Shown here in pieces: positions 1 through 12,390 of a DNA stretch of 64,000 nucleotides (its first letter is position 1; every line of letters starts with the position of its first letter). The position numbers were made by a program, and so were the translations under genes. The notes under the pieces were generated by a model, which worked only from the letters and a program-made list of their open reading frames with translations, made no database searches and was not told the DNA's origin. The stretch comes from Camelus ferus (lineage: Eukaryota), in the NCBI RefSeq assembly GCF_009834535.1, contig NC_045697.1, positions 39,930,001-39,994,000 of the forward strand. Reading direction: 5' to 3'.

Positions 1-98
1 TCGTAAGTAAGCTCCCTTGCTTATTAAAACTGCCACCTTCTAATCTGGAGTGGCCTGCCTCTTTCTTCAATCTTCGCTTGTCCTCTGAGCACAGGGAC

Positions 99-717
99 TG
101 AAGGAGAAATAATAAAATGGCCACACTTAGGCTAACAAATTCGTGGCTTTATGCTTACTGCTTGCTTTTAGAACAATCAACAAACCTGACTGCCCAGCCC
201 CAGGCCCACCGATAAAGCAAAAGTTGTTGATACTACTGTTCGATTTTACCTTACTCTGATAATTACAATCATGTTTGGCGTTTGAGTCATTCCCCAGGAA
301 GGGAGTCCACAGGACGATCACCACAGGAGAATGACCAGACCCCCCAGAGTTCCTCCGTAGCACCGGATGAGTCTGACCAGATATAGAAGGTCATGGGTTG
401 ATGACCTTCCAGATCACCGGGAAGTCCCATGAAATCAGACAGACTCATCAAGACTTAGGAGGAAGTTTCATCAGTGACCCTTGTTGATTACCTCCTTTTA
501 TGCTCCCACCTGCTGTTATCACCTTTCATGCCTCAACCTGTTCATCTATATAATTACTAAGCCCCAACCCCAAGACGGTTCATAGTTTTGAAGGCACTAG
601 CCTGCTGTGAGTCCCCTTTGCCCGGCAAAGCAATAAAGCTGCCTCTTTTCTTCTAAGCCCTAAGACCTTGTCTCTGAGTTATTTGGCTCGTCAGGGACGG
701 GGGCCAATATTTCATCA
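99..717 (+). mobile_element. ERV solo LTR, apparently nested in an older LTR, antisense in HERC6 intron 11
   Basis: TG...CA ends, TATA-like tract ~546-553, AATAAA 632-637; TSD not evident. Confidence 0.6.
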
Positions 718-1184
718 AGAGGGCCAGTTTTTGAACCAATGGCATATTAATTCTTTCTAACAGATCTTGGGTACTCTTAACTGTGAGTATCTACCTCAAC
801 ATGTCGTAAAGGTTAGTAAGATGATACATGCAACAATCAACCGGGAGTACTGGATATGACTATTATTACATTAAAGTTCTTACAATTTGTTTTTTCATAT
901 GTCGACATCTGTGGAACGCTAGTAGGCGTAAATGAGAAAATAGTGTCACAGAGTCAGATAACTTTGAAAAAAATAGTGTCAAAAAAGCTAATTTCTTTTG
1001 GTGTGTGACATCATAGAATCTTTGATTTACTTTTATGCATCATGACTCCATAATGTTCCCAAAGCTGCTTAACCCTTTTTCATGGAGCATTCTGTGACAC
1101 TAATGTTTCTTAGGACTCACACTGGGAAGAGCACCTGAAGTCATCTCCCACACCCCCTAAATAGTTATTTTTAAAATATCCTTA

Positions 1185-1332
1185 ATTTTGTTTGTTTGTT
1201 TGTTTGTGGGGATTTTTTGGGGGGAGGTGGAGGTAATTAGTTTTGGAGGTTTTTTAATGGTGGTACTGGGGATTGAACCCAGGACCTCCTGCATGCTAAG
1301 CACGCACTCTACCACTGAGCTATACCTGCTCC
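1185..1332 (-). mobile_element. tRNA-derived SINE (camelid Vic-like)
   Basis: Reverse strand GTATAGCTCAGTGGTAGAG (A box) ... GGTTCAATCCC (B box), A-rich tail. Confidence 0.85.
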
Positions 1333-1399
1333 AAATATAGTTGATAACACTTACTATTCTTACTTTTTTATGTTGAACATAAAAACAGTTTCTATCGCA

Positions 1400-1881
1400 T
1401 ATTAAGGAACCCTCTTCCCCCTTTCCCTTCCAAATGTAGGGACCTAAACGGTATGAAGGGGACTTTAAACTGGAGACATTTGAGATACACCTGATGCACA
1501 AAGGAGCCTACCGAGCTCTCCTCATTTGACTGAAGGCAGAGTGTGAAGCAGCTATAAATTCCCTCCTGAGTGGGTGGGCAAGCAAGCTTCTCGGCCAGGA
1601 AGACCATACATCTGCACTTGGATGAGAAATGACATCAACGAACTATCACAAGCTATCCTAGCTTCCATTTGTCCCCCTAAAAGCCCATCTGTCTCCCTGA
1701 AAAGTCCATTTGTTTTCCCACAGAAGCCCTTCCTCCTCCTTCCCTAAAGTTGGTATATTAACCCTCATCCCTAGCTACTCTGCATGAGTAACTTTTACCC
1801 TGTTAATCTGTCTATTGTTAGCTGATAGGTCCTCAAATATATGAACCTAAACTGGTAGAGGGGAAGTTCTCCTCCCAACAC
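1400..1881 (+). mobile_element. ERV1-class LTR (MER34-like)
   Basis: 3' end similar to 20210-20302 (TGTTAATCTGTC...GAACCTAA...GGTAGAGG...CCTCCC..CA). Confidence 0.6.
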
Positions 1882-2349
1882 AACCCAGAATCACAGAACA
1901 TGAAATTAAAATGGACCTTAAAGGTAAACTCAATTTATAGGTTAAAAAAAACATGGCCCAAGGAGAATAAGGGATGAATCAGTAGCAGATTCATCTCAAC
2001 TAGATTTGAGATTCATCTCAAAACAGAAAACGGGCTTTTCAGCCTCCCAGTCCAGATAAGGGTACCCTGCTTCCCAAACTAGTGTTCTTTTCATAAGTTA
2101 TACTTCTCAAGCATTGGCTTTCTCACATTGAAAAAAATACTGTACCTACTATATGTTCAAGAGTTCAGTAAGAATATAAATGCCAGTATCTAATATAGTA
2201 GCTGGTACACAGTAACCTCATAATAAACACTAGTCCCCTCCCCATCACAATTCCATTTCACTCCCTCCCAGTACAATGGAACTGCATTCATATTGGTTCT
2301 TGTAAGGAAATTCTATTGCTCTATTTCTCAAGTACATATTGGTTATTAC

Positions 2350-2443
2350 CAAAGAAGAAATCCATTCCTCTGTTGTTAATTTCTCGAAGGCATCTCTTGC
2401 CATTTGTAAGTCCACATCACCGGAAATCGTTTCCCTAGATTCT
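2350..2443 (-). CDS. HERC6: HERC6 coding exon 11 (RESRETISGDVDLQMARDAFEKLTTEEWISSL); gene continues beyond window start
   Basis: AAG acceptor, GTAATA donor, 94 nt, phase 2 to 0, within ORF 2245..2550. Confidence 0.92.
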
Positions 2444-4227
2444 CTTTGGATGCAAGAAATGCAAAAAAAAAAAAAACAACAAACAAACAAAAAAAAACCA
2501 CACACACACATAAGCAGATGGAAAGGAATATTTCTAAATTCATATATCATTATGCATCATTTTATTTTACTACACATCAGATATAATCTTTTTCCTTAAA
2601 GCTTGCCTCCTTTTGAAATAATCAATTGGCACAAAAAATTATAAAATTTATATTCTCCGAAAAGAGAGTAAGGTAACAATTTATTATCTCAAGTTTGGGC
2701 TGCAGCTTTAGCAAAAGTTTACATGCTGTATCTGAGAACTGAAACCATTTACCCTCACACTCAGCCTGCACACTGAGAGCTGAAACTCCCTAACCCCCAC
2801 ACAATTTACCATCTATATTTACATGACTTAGGGATTCCACTGTTTCATTAGCATGACTTTACTATTCCAAGGCACTCTTGCCCAGGCAAATGTCTTGATT
2901 GTTCATTATAGGAGCTTCCTGAAAAGATCCATTAACTCTTCCAAGGAAAGCAATCAACAGTTTATGCCCTTAAATTCTTTGAATTTCTTGCCTCAAAATC
3001 CTTGCCTTGCTGTTTTCCTGTGTCTTGAATTGTGGAATCCTTCCCCAATCCTAATCAAGCTCCCAACCTCCCCTTCCCACACTGAAGCACCTGCCTTAAC
3101 TTAATCTAAACCCATTTAAAAAAATTCAGACCTGGCCATTCCTCTCAGAAATACCAAGGCTTTGCCTAGGTGTGGTGTTTCCCTGGGTTGTGTTGGTAAT
3201 ATTTGAAGAGCCCGCCTTCTGTCAAGCAATTTTTTTCATAATGTACTATTAAGAAATATTTCATGCTTACTGGATTAACCAAACAATTGCAATACTAGGG
3301 CTAAAACATTTATGCAGGTACTAAAAGTATTGTAAATTTCCCTTTGAAATAAATTCTCCTTGCATCCTTTGGCATCCTAAGATCAAATCTTGAGGTTTAT
3401 CACTCCTGGGAAGGGGGCAAGGACACTTTGACACTTTAGAAAGATAATATTTTTAGTGTAGAAATGATTCTCCTACGTAATGAGAATTAGTTTGTGGCTA
3501 CAGTGGGGAAGAAAGAGGATACATTGAATGGTAGACTCCCCCCTTTCCAGTCTAGGAGGACGTCAAGAAGAGAAAGACAAATGGGAGAGAAATCAAGGCG
3601 GAGGTAAGCAGTGTCTTGGTTTTTCTTCTGCCCTTGGCCAGGATATGCAGAGATGAACAGGGGTGCCTTTTTGGACTTGAGAAAGATAACTGCCTGATGA
3701 GCTGCCAGGAGGAAGACATAACATTCAGCCTCCCTGAGCGTCTCTGGTTCCCAGGGGCGGCTTTTGGACCCAACAGTTCCTTGAGTCTTCCTAAGAAGTG
3801 ACTGAAGATGCAGCTGGCTTAAGAACCCAAGGGATTCCATACGGGAAAGAAATACCTGCAACAGGGGTTAAGCGAGTACCACCTAGTGGCCAGGATGGGG
3901 TACAAGATGTGTACAGCTATCTTCTAAACCAGCGAGCCAACCGGAAGCCAAGTCAACAAGGGAGGGACAGGACCCGAACTAGCAAAGTTGAACTGGGATG
4001 ATTTACACCAGCTGCAGTCAGACCTGCAGGGCACCAGCCTCCAGAGAAGACAGAGGGCAACCTAAGGGCCTCTTTATGCTGCTATCCCCCCTCGCCTCCC
4101 TTAAATACTACTAAATTAATTAAGCAAGGAGGCCATAACACTCTAATGCCATGGTGGCCTACGCAAGCAAACCAAAATCCAAGCTAGTACTTGCCTCAAA
4201 GTTACGAAATCAAAACCTAAGGGCAAC

Positions 4228-4335
4228 TGGGGAAGGGTATAGCTCAGTGGTAGAGTGCACGAGGTCCTGGGTTCAATCCTCAGCACTGGAATTAAAGTAA
4301 ATAAATAAACCAAAAAAAATTTTTTTAAACCCCAA
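4228..4335 (+). mobile_element. tRNA-derived SINE with internal deletion, inside LTR-like sequence
   Basis: A and B boxes; TSD AAAACCTAAGGG(CA/TG)AC at 4212-4227 and 4336-4351. Confidence 0.85.
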
Positions 4336-4941
4336 AAAACCTAAGGGTGACCAACCACAAACAGCCAATGAGTCTTTAAGCTACAGCCAATCAAATAATT
4401 TCCTTTCTTTTTTTCTGCACCTTTTCTATATGTCTCTCCGGAGCTCCTGCCAGTGGAACATTCAACCACTTCGAACTTGATGCTACATGATTCCAATGGA
4501 TGTTCACTCAAATAAACTCCTAAAATTTTTAATATGCCTCACTTTATCTTTTCACAGTTCCCAGGCACAGTAATGGGAGAGCAAATAGGGAGGGGAAGGA
4601 ACAAGACCAAACATTGAGCATTTCACAGAGGAACTGTTTAAACTACTGGATCAGACCAAGGGTCAAACCAAATAGGAGAGCAGTTAAGGTTTTCCTCTGT
4701 GGTAGTCAGGCTAGTTAAAGATAAAATAAATAGGATTTGCTTTCCTTACTGATTTCATCCTAAGAACTGCAAAGTACAGCCTTGGCCTTGAAGTACTAAA
4801 GCAATGTTAGAATGAACTGATTACTCTGAGATACAAAGATCCTGAAAACACACCATTCCTGCCAATCAGATAACAGAGGAAGGCAGGGCAAAGGAAGCAA
4901 AGAATGTAAATTAGAAATTACAACTTGCAGTGGTCCAAGTA

Positions 4942-5051
4942 CTCAATAAATCTCTGTTAAATAAATAAATGATGAATGAATGAATACATCAATGACTTCT
5001 TCAAACTAAGAGATGGTAGAAGAGAATCATGGTTAAAATCCAAATGCCTTC
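4942..5051. repeat. 110-bp direct repeat, copy A (intron 10)
   Basis: 109/110 identical to 5666-5775. Confidence 0.95.
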
Positions 5052-5231
5052 CACAAAACCAAGTGGAAATTACTTTACAAAATAGAAAAATTCTGTAACA
5101 ACCTATGGAGTTGTTTATGACGGATTTTTTGTTCAGAGACAACAAAATTCTCAAATTAAAATGACTAAGTCGAAACATTTCAAGTACTCACCAGCATTTT
5201 AAATAAATGTAAAATCTCATGTAAATATTAC

Positions 5232-5291
5232 CTTTTCTTTAAGAAACTTGCAGTCAGACAAGCAGGAGATGAAAATATCACTCTAATTTCA
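5232..5291 (-). CDS. HERC6: HERC6 coding exon 10 (SEIRVIFSSPACLTASFLKK)
   Basis: CAG acceptor, GTAATA donor, 60 nt, IFSSPACLTASFL motif typical of the small-HERC spacer region. Confidence 0.95.
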
Positions 5292-5665
5292 CTGCAAAAG
5301 TAATAAGATAGGGGTAAGTCACAGCATACTAAAAGCTTGTCCCTTTTAGCTTACTGAATATATAACGGGTGATGCAGAGTCCTAATTAATGAAAATAACT
5401 ACTCCCTTAAGAGTCTTCCAAATTCTGGGTATACCTTGTGCATGTTACTGCTCACTCTCACCAAAACTCTTCACAGTTGGTTTGATCAAGACATCTGGAT
5501 TTAAGTAAAACCCATCCTTCTGAAAACAGAAACTTCTGGAGCTCCAGAGAATAAACTATGAAGCTATAATAACAGTCACCTTAGTGAAGGCTGTGTAGGA
5601 CAAAGCATTTTTGATTCACTCCTGCCTCTCCCTCACCTATCAAAGTGCCTGGGATACTGTACATC

Positions 5666-5775
5666 CTCAATAAATCTCTGTTAAATAAATAAATGATGAA
5701 TGAATGAATACATCAATGACTTCTTCAAACTAAGAGATGGTAGAAGAGAATCATGGTTAAAATGCAAATGCCTTC
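5666..5775. repeat. 110-bp direct repeat, copy B (intron 9)
   Basis: 109/110 identical to 4942-5051; single C/G difference at 5040 vs 5764. Confidence 0.95.
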
Positions 5776-5871
5776 ATAATAAAACCAAACCCTCTTTCTT
5801 ATGTCTAGGATAAAATACCAAGCCTTCCAGAATCAAATAAAAATGGTTTCTAATTTATCAGACAGAGCCAC

Positions 5872-5993
5872 CTCTCAGCCACTTCATATTCTGTACTTCG
5901 TCTTGCCACTGCCTTCCATTTTTCTATCAGGGACTGGTTAATTCGGCTTATTTCTGGCAGGATTTTCCTGGAAACACTGGTGGAACTAGTATC
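5872..5993 (-). CDS. HERC6: HERC6 coding exon 9 (DTSSTSVSRKILPEISRINQSLIEKWKAVARRSTEYEVAE); alternative start at 5996
   Basis: Tandem TAG/AAG acceptor, AG|GTGGCT donor, 122 (or 125) nt, phase 0 to 2. Confidence 0.88.
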
Positions 5994-6029
5994 CTTCTAG
6001 GAAGAAAGAAAAAAAAACAGGTCAGTGTA

Positions 6030-6335
6030 GCAGGTAAAGGGGGTGGGAAGGGATAAACTGGGAATTCAAAAATTGCACCCCTTGGGGAGTGATAGAAATG
6101 TTATCTATCTTGATTGTGGTGGTGGTTTCATGGGTGTATACATCTATCAAACTTCATCAAATTGTATATCTGAAATATGTGTAGTTTACTGTGCAGGAAT
6201 CATACCACAATAAAGATGTTTAAAGAAAAAAAAAAAAGATACATGCACTCCAATGTTCATAGCAGCATTATTTACAATAGTCAAGACCTGGAAGTGTCTA
6301 TCGACAGAGGACTGAATAAAGATGTGGTATATCTG

Positions 6336-6380
<45 letters not shown>

Positions 6381-6860
6381 ACAATGGAATACTACTCAGC
6401 CATACAAAAAGAATAAAATAATGCCATTTGCAGCAACATGGATGGACCTAAAGATTATCATACTAAGCGAAGTAAGTCAAAGGAAGACAAGTATCATATA
6501 TCACTTATATGTGGAATCTAAAAAATAACACAATGAACTTATTTATAAAACAGAAACAGACTCACAGACATAGAAAACAAACTTATGATTACCAAAGGGG
6601 AAAGGGGGAGGGATAAACTAGGAGTTTGGGATTAGCAGATACTGACTACTATTCAGCTTACTTCTACTAAGAACTACTATATACAGAACAGATAAACAAT
6701 CAGGTCCTACTGTACAGTACAGGGAACTGTATTCAATACCTTGTAATAGCCTATAATGAAAAAGAATACATATATATATGTGTATAATTGAATCACTATG
6801 CTGTACACCAGAAACTAACACATTGTTAATCAACTATACTTCAATTTAAAAAAAAAGAAT
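6030..6860 (+). mobile_element. L1 3' fragments with internal (CA)n
   Basis: ORF2 C-terminal remnants ([24 protein letters not shown]) and 3'UTR; (CA)n 6339-6378. Confidence 0.85.
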
Positions 6861-7526
6861 AATCAGGAAAACATACATACACTAAGTAATAAATAAGACA
6901 GCCAGAGGTGTCAAAAATCAATGTCTGGAAAGAAAAGTTTGTCTCTGATATAGTCTTCCAAAGACATCAGTGCTCTGCTCCGTATTATACCTCTGCCTCC
7001 GATGAACTTGTAATGAATCAGGAAATTCTGCATCACTTTTGTTTAATGCTTAAATAAAGACCTCTTGAAAAAGATGTGTAACCATGACTCCCTAAGTTCC
7101 CTTCACCTTCTTGATCTGAGTCCTGGGTGTCCCCTGGAGTTCAATCAGGAGGAAGCTGTTTTCCCTCAGACATCCCAGGAACCTCAGGACAATGAGCGCT
7201 CCCTGTTGGCATTTCCATGCCATTTCTTCTACTTTCTTCTTCAGAATCCCGTCTCCTCTGAAGTGCATGACATCAGACTATATCGTCTTCCTCCCCTTCT
7301 TCTATAACCGCTTCCCAAAGACGTAGTCACTGCGCTTCAGTTGTTGAAAACGTCAGCACCTTGCTGACTGTCTTCCTCAGCACAACCATGCCTGTCACCA
7401 TTCTTCCCGTCATTCTTGGCAAATTCAAAGTTAGTAAACACGATCTATTTCCCACCTTGATCTCTCAATTCTTGATCTTGTCTCCTCTCTTTTCCCTGAT
7501 CCACCTCAGTCACCCATATCCCGGAT

Positions 7527-7760
7527 CAGGGTTTCTAAACTGATGCAATTGACATTTTGTGTCAGGTAATTCTTTGCGGTGAGGGGCTGGCTGTCTTGTG
7601 CATTGTGGGACGTTAGCAGCATTCCTAGACACTAGATGGCAGTAGCAGTCACCCTAACACACATGCCCCCTCCTCAGTTACGACAACCTAAAATGACCTC
7701 AGACAGTGCCAAATGTTTCCTGAGGGGCAAAATCACTCCTAGTTGAAAAGTACTGCCCCA
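7527..7760. mobile_element. MER20-like hAT DNA transposon
   Basis: Typical MER20 text (ATAATTCTTTG..GGGGCTG..CTGTGCATTGT..GTTAGCAGCAT..CACTAGATG..GCCAAATG). Confidence 0.7.
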
Positions 7761-7889
7761 GACACAGGTGACATTCTGTACTTTATAGTCATCAATAACT
7801 GTTCCATCTTCTGTATTGGAAACATTCTCCTCTCTGATTGTCATACACTATCTTAATTCACTTACTTCAGAGTGGGACTCCAGTCTAAC

Positions 7890-8340
7890 TTCTATGATGC
7901 TGGAATGAATTAAGACTTTGGGGCTATTGGGATGGGATATATTTTGCATGCAAGAAGGACATGAATTGGGGGAGGCAGTGAAAGAATGTTGTGGACTGAG
8001 TGTTTCTGCCCCGCCGGAAATTCATACATTGGAATCCTAAGCTCCAATGTGATGGCCTTAGGAGGTGGCGTCTTTGGGAGGCAACTGGGTCATGAGGGTG
8101 GAGCCCTCATGAATGGGACTAGAGCCCTTATAACAGATCACGGAGAACTCTTTCTGCCACTTGAGGATCCACTGAGAAGAGAGCCAGCCATAAACCAGAA
8201 AGCAGACCCTCATCAGATATCAAAAGTGCCAGAATCTTAATCCTGGACTTCCCAGCCTCCAAAACTGTGAGAAATAGATTTCTGTTTATAAACCACCCAA
8301 TCAATGGTGTTTTGTTACAGCAGCCTGAGCAGACTAAGGC
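7890..8340 (+). mobile_element. MaLR LTR (MLT1-like)
   Basis: GGACTTCCCAGCCTCCAAAACTGTGAGAAAT...ACAGCAGCCTGAGCAGACTAAG. Confidence 0.7.
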
Positions 8341-10675
8341 ACTTACTTTAGAGTGGAGCCCACTTTAACATTATTTGAGGCCACTGGGCTCTCCAATCCA
8401 CTGACCCTACGGTTTGTTCATTATCCATCACCCTTCTCACGTTTTTCTTACCCAGCTCAGATTCTATGGTTAGCACTTTAATCGTCCTTTGCAAATACCT
8501 CCAAGTCTTCTGTCCCTTTTCTGTTGTACTTACCTAGAAAAAGTCCATCTGTAGTTAACCTCAACTCTGGATTATCCAAAGGAATCCAAGCAACTCAACA
8601 TCAATGGAGAAAAACAAACAACCGTGCTGAGTGATTTCACCTTAAATCTACTACCACAGATTTCACGTGGGCACTCTACACTGTCTAGTAACCTCCCACG
8701 ATGGGCGCTTTCTCACTCTGAGACACTCCTGCACACCTTCCTTTTATTCCTAAACCTGTAGCGGTCCTCCACTTCATTAAGTCTCAGATGAGGACCGTGC
8801 TTTGCTGCAACACTGAGAAAACTGAAGCAACTGGGCAGGAACTAATCACCTTCCCACCAGCAACCTACCCTCATCTCCGCTGTTCCTCCTCAGAATGGCA
8901 TAAAAACTGCCCAAAGCCCTACATTCTGCACTGGACCCTGCTTCCTCCATCCTATTCTGGGACGTGACCTTTGCAATTACTCAGTCTTTCTCACGCTTCG
9001 ACACTTTCTCCTACGGAACTGGATCATTCTCCCTGGCGAACAAACAGACCTTACTATCACTTCTCTAAACAACAACGAAACCCTCCCACTGCCCTCTACT
9101 CCCTTTCGCAACAAAACTTCTCAGAACCATCACAGTCTTTGTTTCCACTTATCCCCATCTATTCTCTGCCCATCCCACTCAGTCCGCTTTCATCCTCTGT
9201 TCCTGGGACGACTGAGTCTTGACAAAGCAAAAACAAATTCTGTGTTCATCTTCCTTGACCTCTCAGCAGTATGTCACAGGTTTGGCACTTCCTCCTTCTC
9301 GAAATACTTTCTTCTCTTGTCTAGATGGGCCACCCTTTCCTGGTTTTCCTCTGCCTCAGAAACTGGTCCTGCTCAGTTCTTCCAGGTCCTCCTCACTGCC
9401 TGACCTCTAAATGGAGAAGTCCCTCAGGTCTGGACTCCTTCTCTTCTCATTTCTACTCTCCATGTGAGCTTTTATCCAGGCCACGACTTTAAATACCATC
9501 TAGAGTTTAATAACTCTCATGTTTATATTCCAGCGCTAGCATCCTCCCTGAGACCCAGATTTGGACATCCAACCAAGGCTCTGGGTCTCCTCTCCAAGGA
9601 CATTTCGAACTGACCCAGTCTCACACACCGGACCCCACCTCACACAGCTTTTCATCCTCTCCTGTTGTGCTCTGCCTGCCGGGCTTCCTTTCTGCCCCTC
9701 GCACATGCTACACTTCTTGCCCCAGGGCCTTTCTGTGAGCAATACCCTCAACCTGGAACGCTCTCTGGATCTAAGTTTGGCTACGATCTCTGCTCACATG
9801 TCACAGGCTCTGCAAGGCCTTCGCTAGCTGACATTTCTAAAGGAGCCCACCCCACCAGTCTCAAAGGTCTTATTTTCTTTAGAGGACTTTTCACTCTCTA
9901 ACACAACTGTATTTACTTTGCATTTAAGTGTTTCTTGTCTGTCCTTCCCTGTGGAATCCAAAGGGACAACCCTGTTTGTATTATTCACTTTACCCCAAGC
10001 CCCCAGAACAGAGCCTCAGGCACGAGGCCTTTGTCGACTGGCGGACCGGGTGGCTGTAATAGAGCAACTACGCTCAATCTCCTGACCATCCCCAGCAGCA
10101 CAGAAACCTTTACCCCTGACCATTTTCTGTCCCAAGGTATACAGTAAGAGTCTATATGGACGTCAAGTTTTAAACATTCTCAATAATAGAAAAAAGTACA
10201 AATTATGAAAATAACTACATATACTTTTGTCTCCAAACATTTCAGAACTCGCTCGGAAGAAGAAGAATAAAATCCTCTCCGTTGACAAGTAGGAGGGCAC
10301 CACGGCACGGTGGGTAACAGTGTAAGCTTTGGAGCTGAGCTGCTTGAGTTTGAGCCCAGCTCTGCCACTTCTCGGCAGTGTAACTGAATAAGTCCACCTC
10401 TCAGTTGTTTCCATGTGTAAAATGCGGGGAATAATGCCAACTGGAGCTGACATGAGGACTAAATGGGTTGACCCACTTGGAGTACTTTGATCGCTGACTC
10501 ATGGGTACTATCATGGTTAGTATCTGGTAGGAAGCCAAATGAAGAAGTGAGAATTACATCATATTTTTTAAGAAATATTCAAAAAGAGGATCTTTTGAAT
10601 ATGTACAAGTGATACAATGTTTCAAATACTGCTGAAAAAATAATTTTTAAAAGAAACAGAGAGTGTGATAGATAC

Positions 10676-10743
10676 CTGGTAAGTTGTCACAAAGTCGGCA
10701 TATGTTCCAGCAAAAATGTGTTTGACTTGAACATCCACAAGGT
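10676..10743 (-). CDS. HERC6: HERC6 coding exon 8 (DLVDVQVKHIFAGTYADFVTTYQ), end of RCC1-like domain
   Basis: TAG acceptor, GTATCT donor, 68 nt, phase 1 to 0. Confidence 0.93.
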
Positions 10744-11267
10744 CTAGAAGAAAGTCATAAATCCATGCTTATTTAAAAAAAATAAATTTTTTATTGTAAA
10801 TCTAAAACTGCTCTAAAAAGTAGTCTTTTAAAAAATCTAATGTATTACCAAGCTAAATTTACTTATTTATTGGCAATGGATTTTGACTACAAACAGCATA
10901 AAAGATTAATTTTTATCTGATTACTTGTATATTCACTCAGCTTAACATTTAATTTTTCATGCACTTGCATAATGAAACCAGGCTGTCATGCTTTACAATA
11001 GGTTTGACTAAATATTTTAAAATATACTGTTCTGATGCTTAAGTAACTGGTTTGGGGTCTTCTTTTGTAATGCCTTAATCTTTAGAAAAGATTACCAAAT
11101 ACTCCAGGAAGCACTGCATAAGAAAAAAATGCATATAATACAAATGGAAAATAACAGTACTAAGAGAACCACAGTTCTATGTGCTCCTTTGAAAGGAAAC
11201 TGAATAATATTTCTCCTCTAGTGGCATGGATTAACACAAAATCACGAATTGGTGGGACCATTCATAC

Positions 11268-11404
11268 CATCAGCAGAAATCAGGCAGCTAATGTCAAAGT
11301 TCTCTGCCGGAGTCCCTGGATGAGGCGAGTGGCTTGTGCAACTTGGTCCACGACCAAAAGACACCACCTGGCCAGTGGTGTAGACATACGCAAGGGTGTG
11401 ATAA
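11268..11404 (-). CDS. HERC6: HERC6 coding exon 7 ([46 protein letters not shown])
   Basis: CAG acceptor, GTATGA donor, 137 nt, phase 2 to 1, open frame. Confidence 0.93.
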
Positions 11405-11654
11405 CTGTGGAAGAGAGAGTATATTATAATGAAGACTCAATATGAGTCAGGTGTTCTGAGAAAGATGATGTCTCAACAGAAAATGACAAATTTATCTTAT
11501 ATTAAGTAACCAGGTCCTGCATCACAATGTCAGGGTGGGAGGATACTAAATCATGTGGCTAAACAAATGGTAGGTGAATATTAACTTATTACTAACCTTA
11601 AAGGCAAAATACTATTGATGGGTCTTTACAATGGTTTCTACCATTTGTGTTTTA

Positions 11655-11804
11655 GCTTTATTTGTTTGTTTTTTCTTTTTCTTTTTTTTTTTTTTTGGCG
11701 GGGGTGGGGTGGATAATTAGGTTTTATTTGAGGTACTAGGGATTGAACCCAGGACCTCTTGCATGCTAAGCGTGCGCTCTACCACTGAGCTATACTCTCC
11801 CCCT
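11655..11804 (-). mobile_element. tRNA-derived SINE
   Basis: A/B boxes; TSD CATTTGTGTTTTA at 11642-11654 and 11805-11817. Confidence 0.88.
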
Positions 11805-12262
11805 CATTTGTGTTTTAAATGTAAGTTTTTTTGTTTGAATTGGGTAGGTAACATTTAAAGTGCCCTCATAACTTAGGTTATGCAGAACTCTGAAAACACA
11901 TGCAAATATGCATCATCTTCTACTCGCATGAGATCACTCTAATTTTGTCTGATCAACACAAGTATGCAAGCACCACTGTTTTTCTTATAAACCAACTCCC
12001 CTGCCCCCCAGCACCTAGTAAAGTGGCCCATACACAGTAGATTTCCAATAAATTCTTATTAAATAATGAAATGTCTAGGATAAAGAAGAACAAATAGAAA
12101 AGTTAAACTATATTTGTAAGAAGGAAAGGAAAATGATGTATAAAAAGAAAAATCACGTATTTTAGGGTCTTAAGATTTGATAACACTCCACATGAGTCAT
12201 TTCTAAGCAATAAAATATGACACTTTTCTACTCATGCTTAAAAAAAGAGCCAAACCGTTTAC

Positions 12263-12390
12263 CTTCCACATTCTATCTGTGAAACTAGGCCTTCAATTCT
12301 TTCCACCAGTTGCGGCCCTCGCTTCTCGGCAGTGGGGCTGTGTCCCAGCTGTCCATAGCTGTTGTCCCCAAACGTGAACACTTTCCCATC
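12263..12390 (-). CDS. HERC6: HERC6 coding exon 6 ([42 protein letters not shown])
   Basis: CAG acceptor, GTAAAC donor, 128 nt, RCC1 repeat. Confidence 0.95.

Noticed and set aside
1157..1501. tRNA-like A/B boxes as a real tRNA gene (also 4228, 11655, 16321, 63572)
   Set aside because: A-rich tails, TSDs and multiple diverged copies indicate SINEs; no convincing acceptor stem
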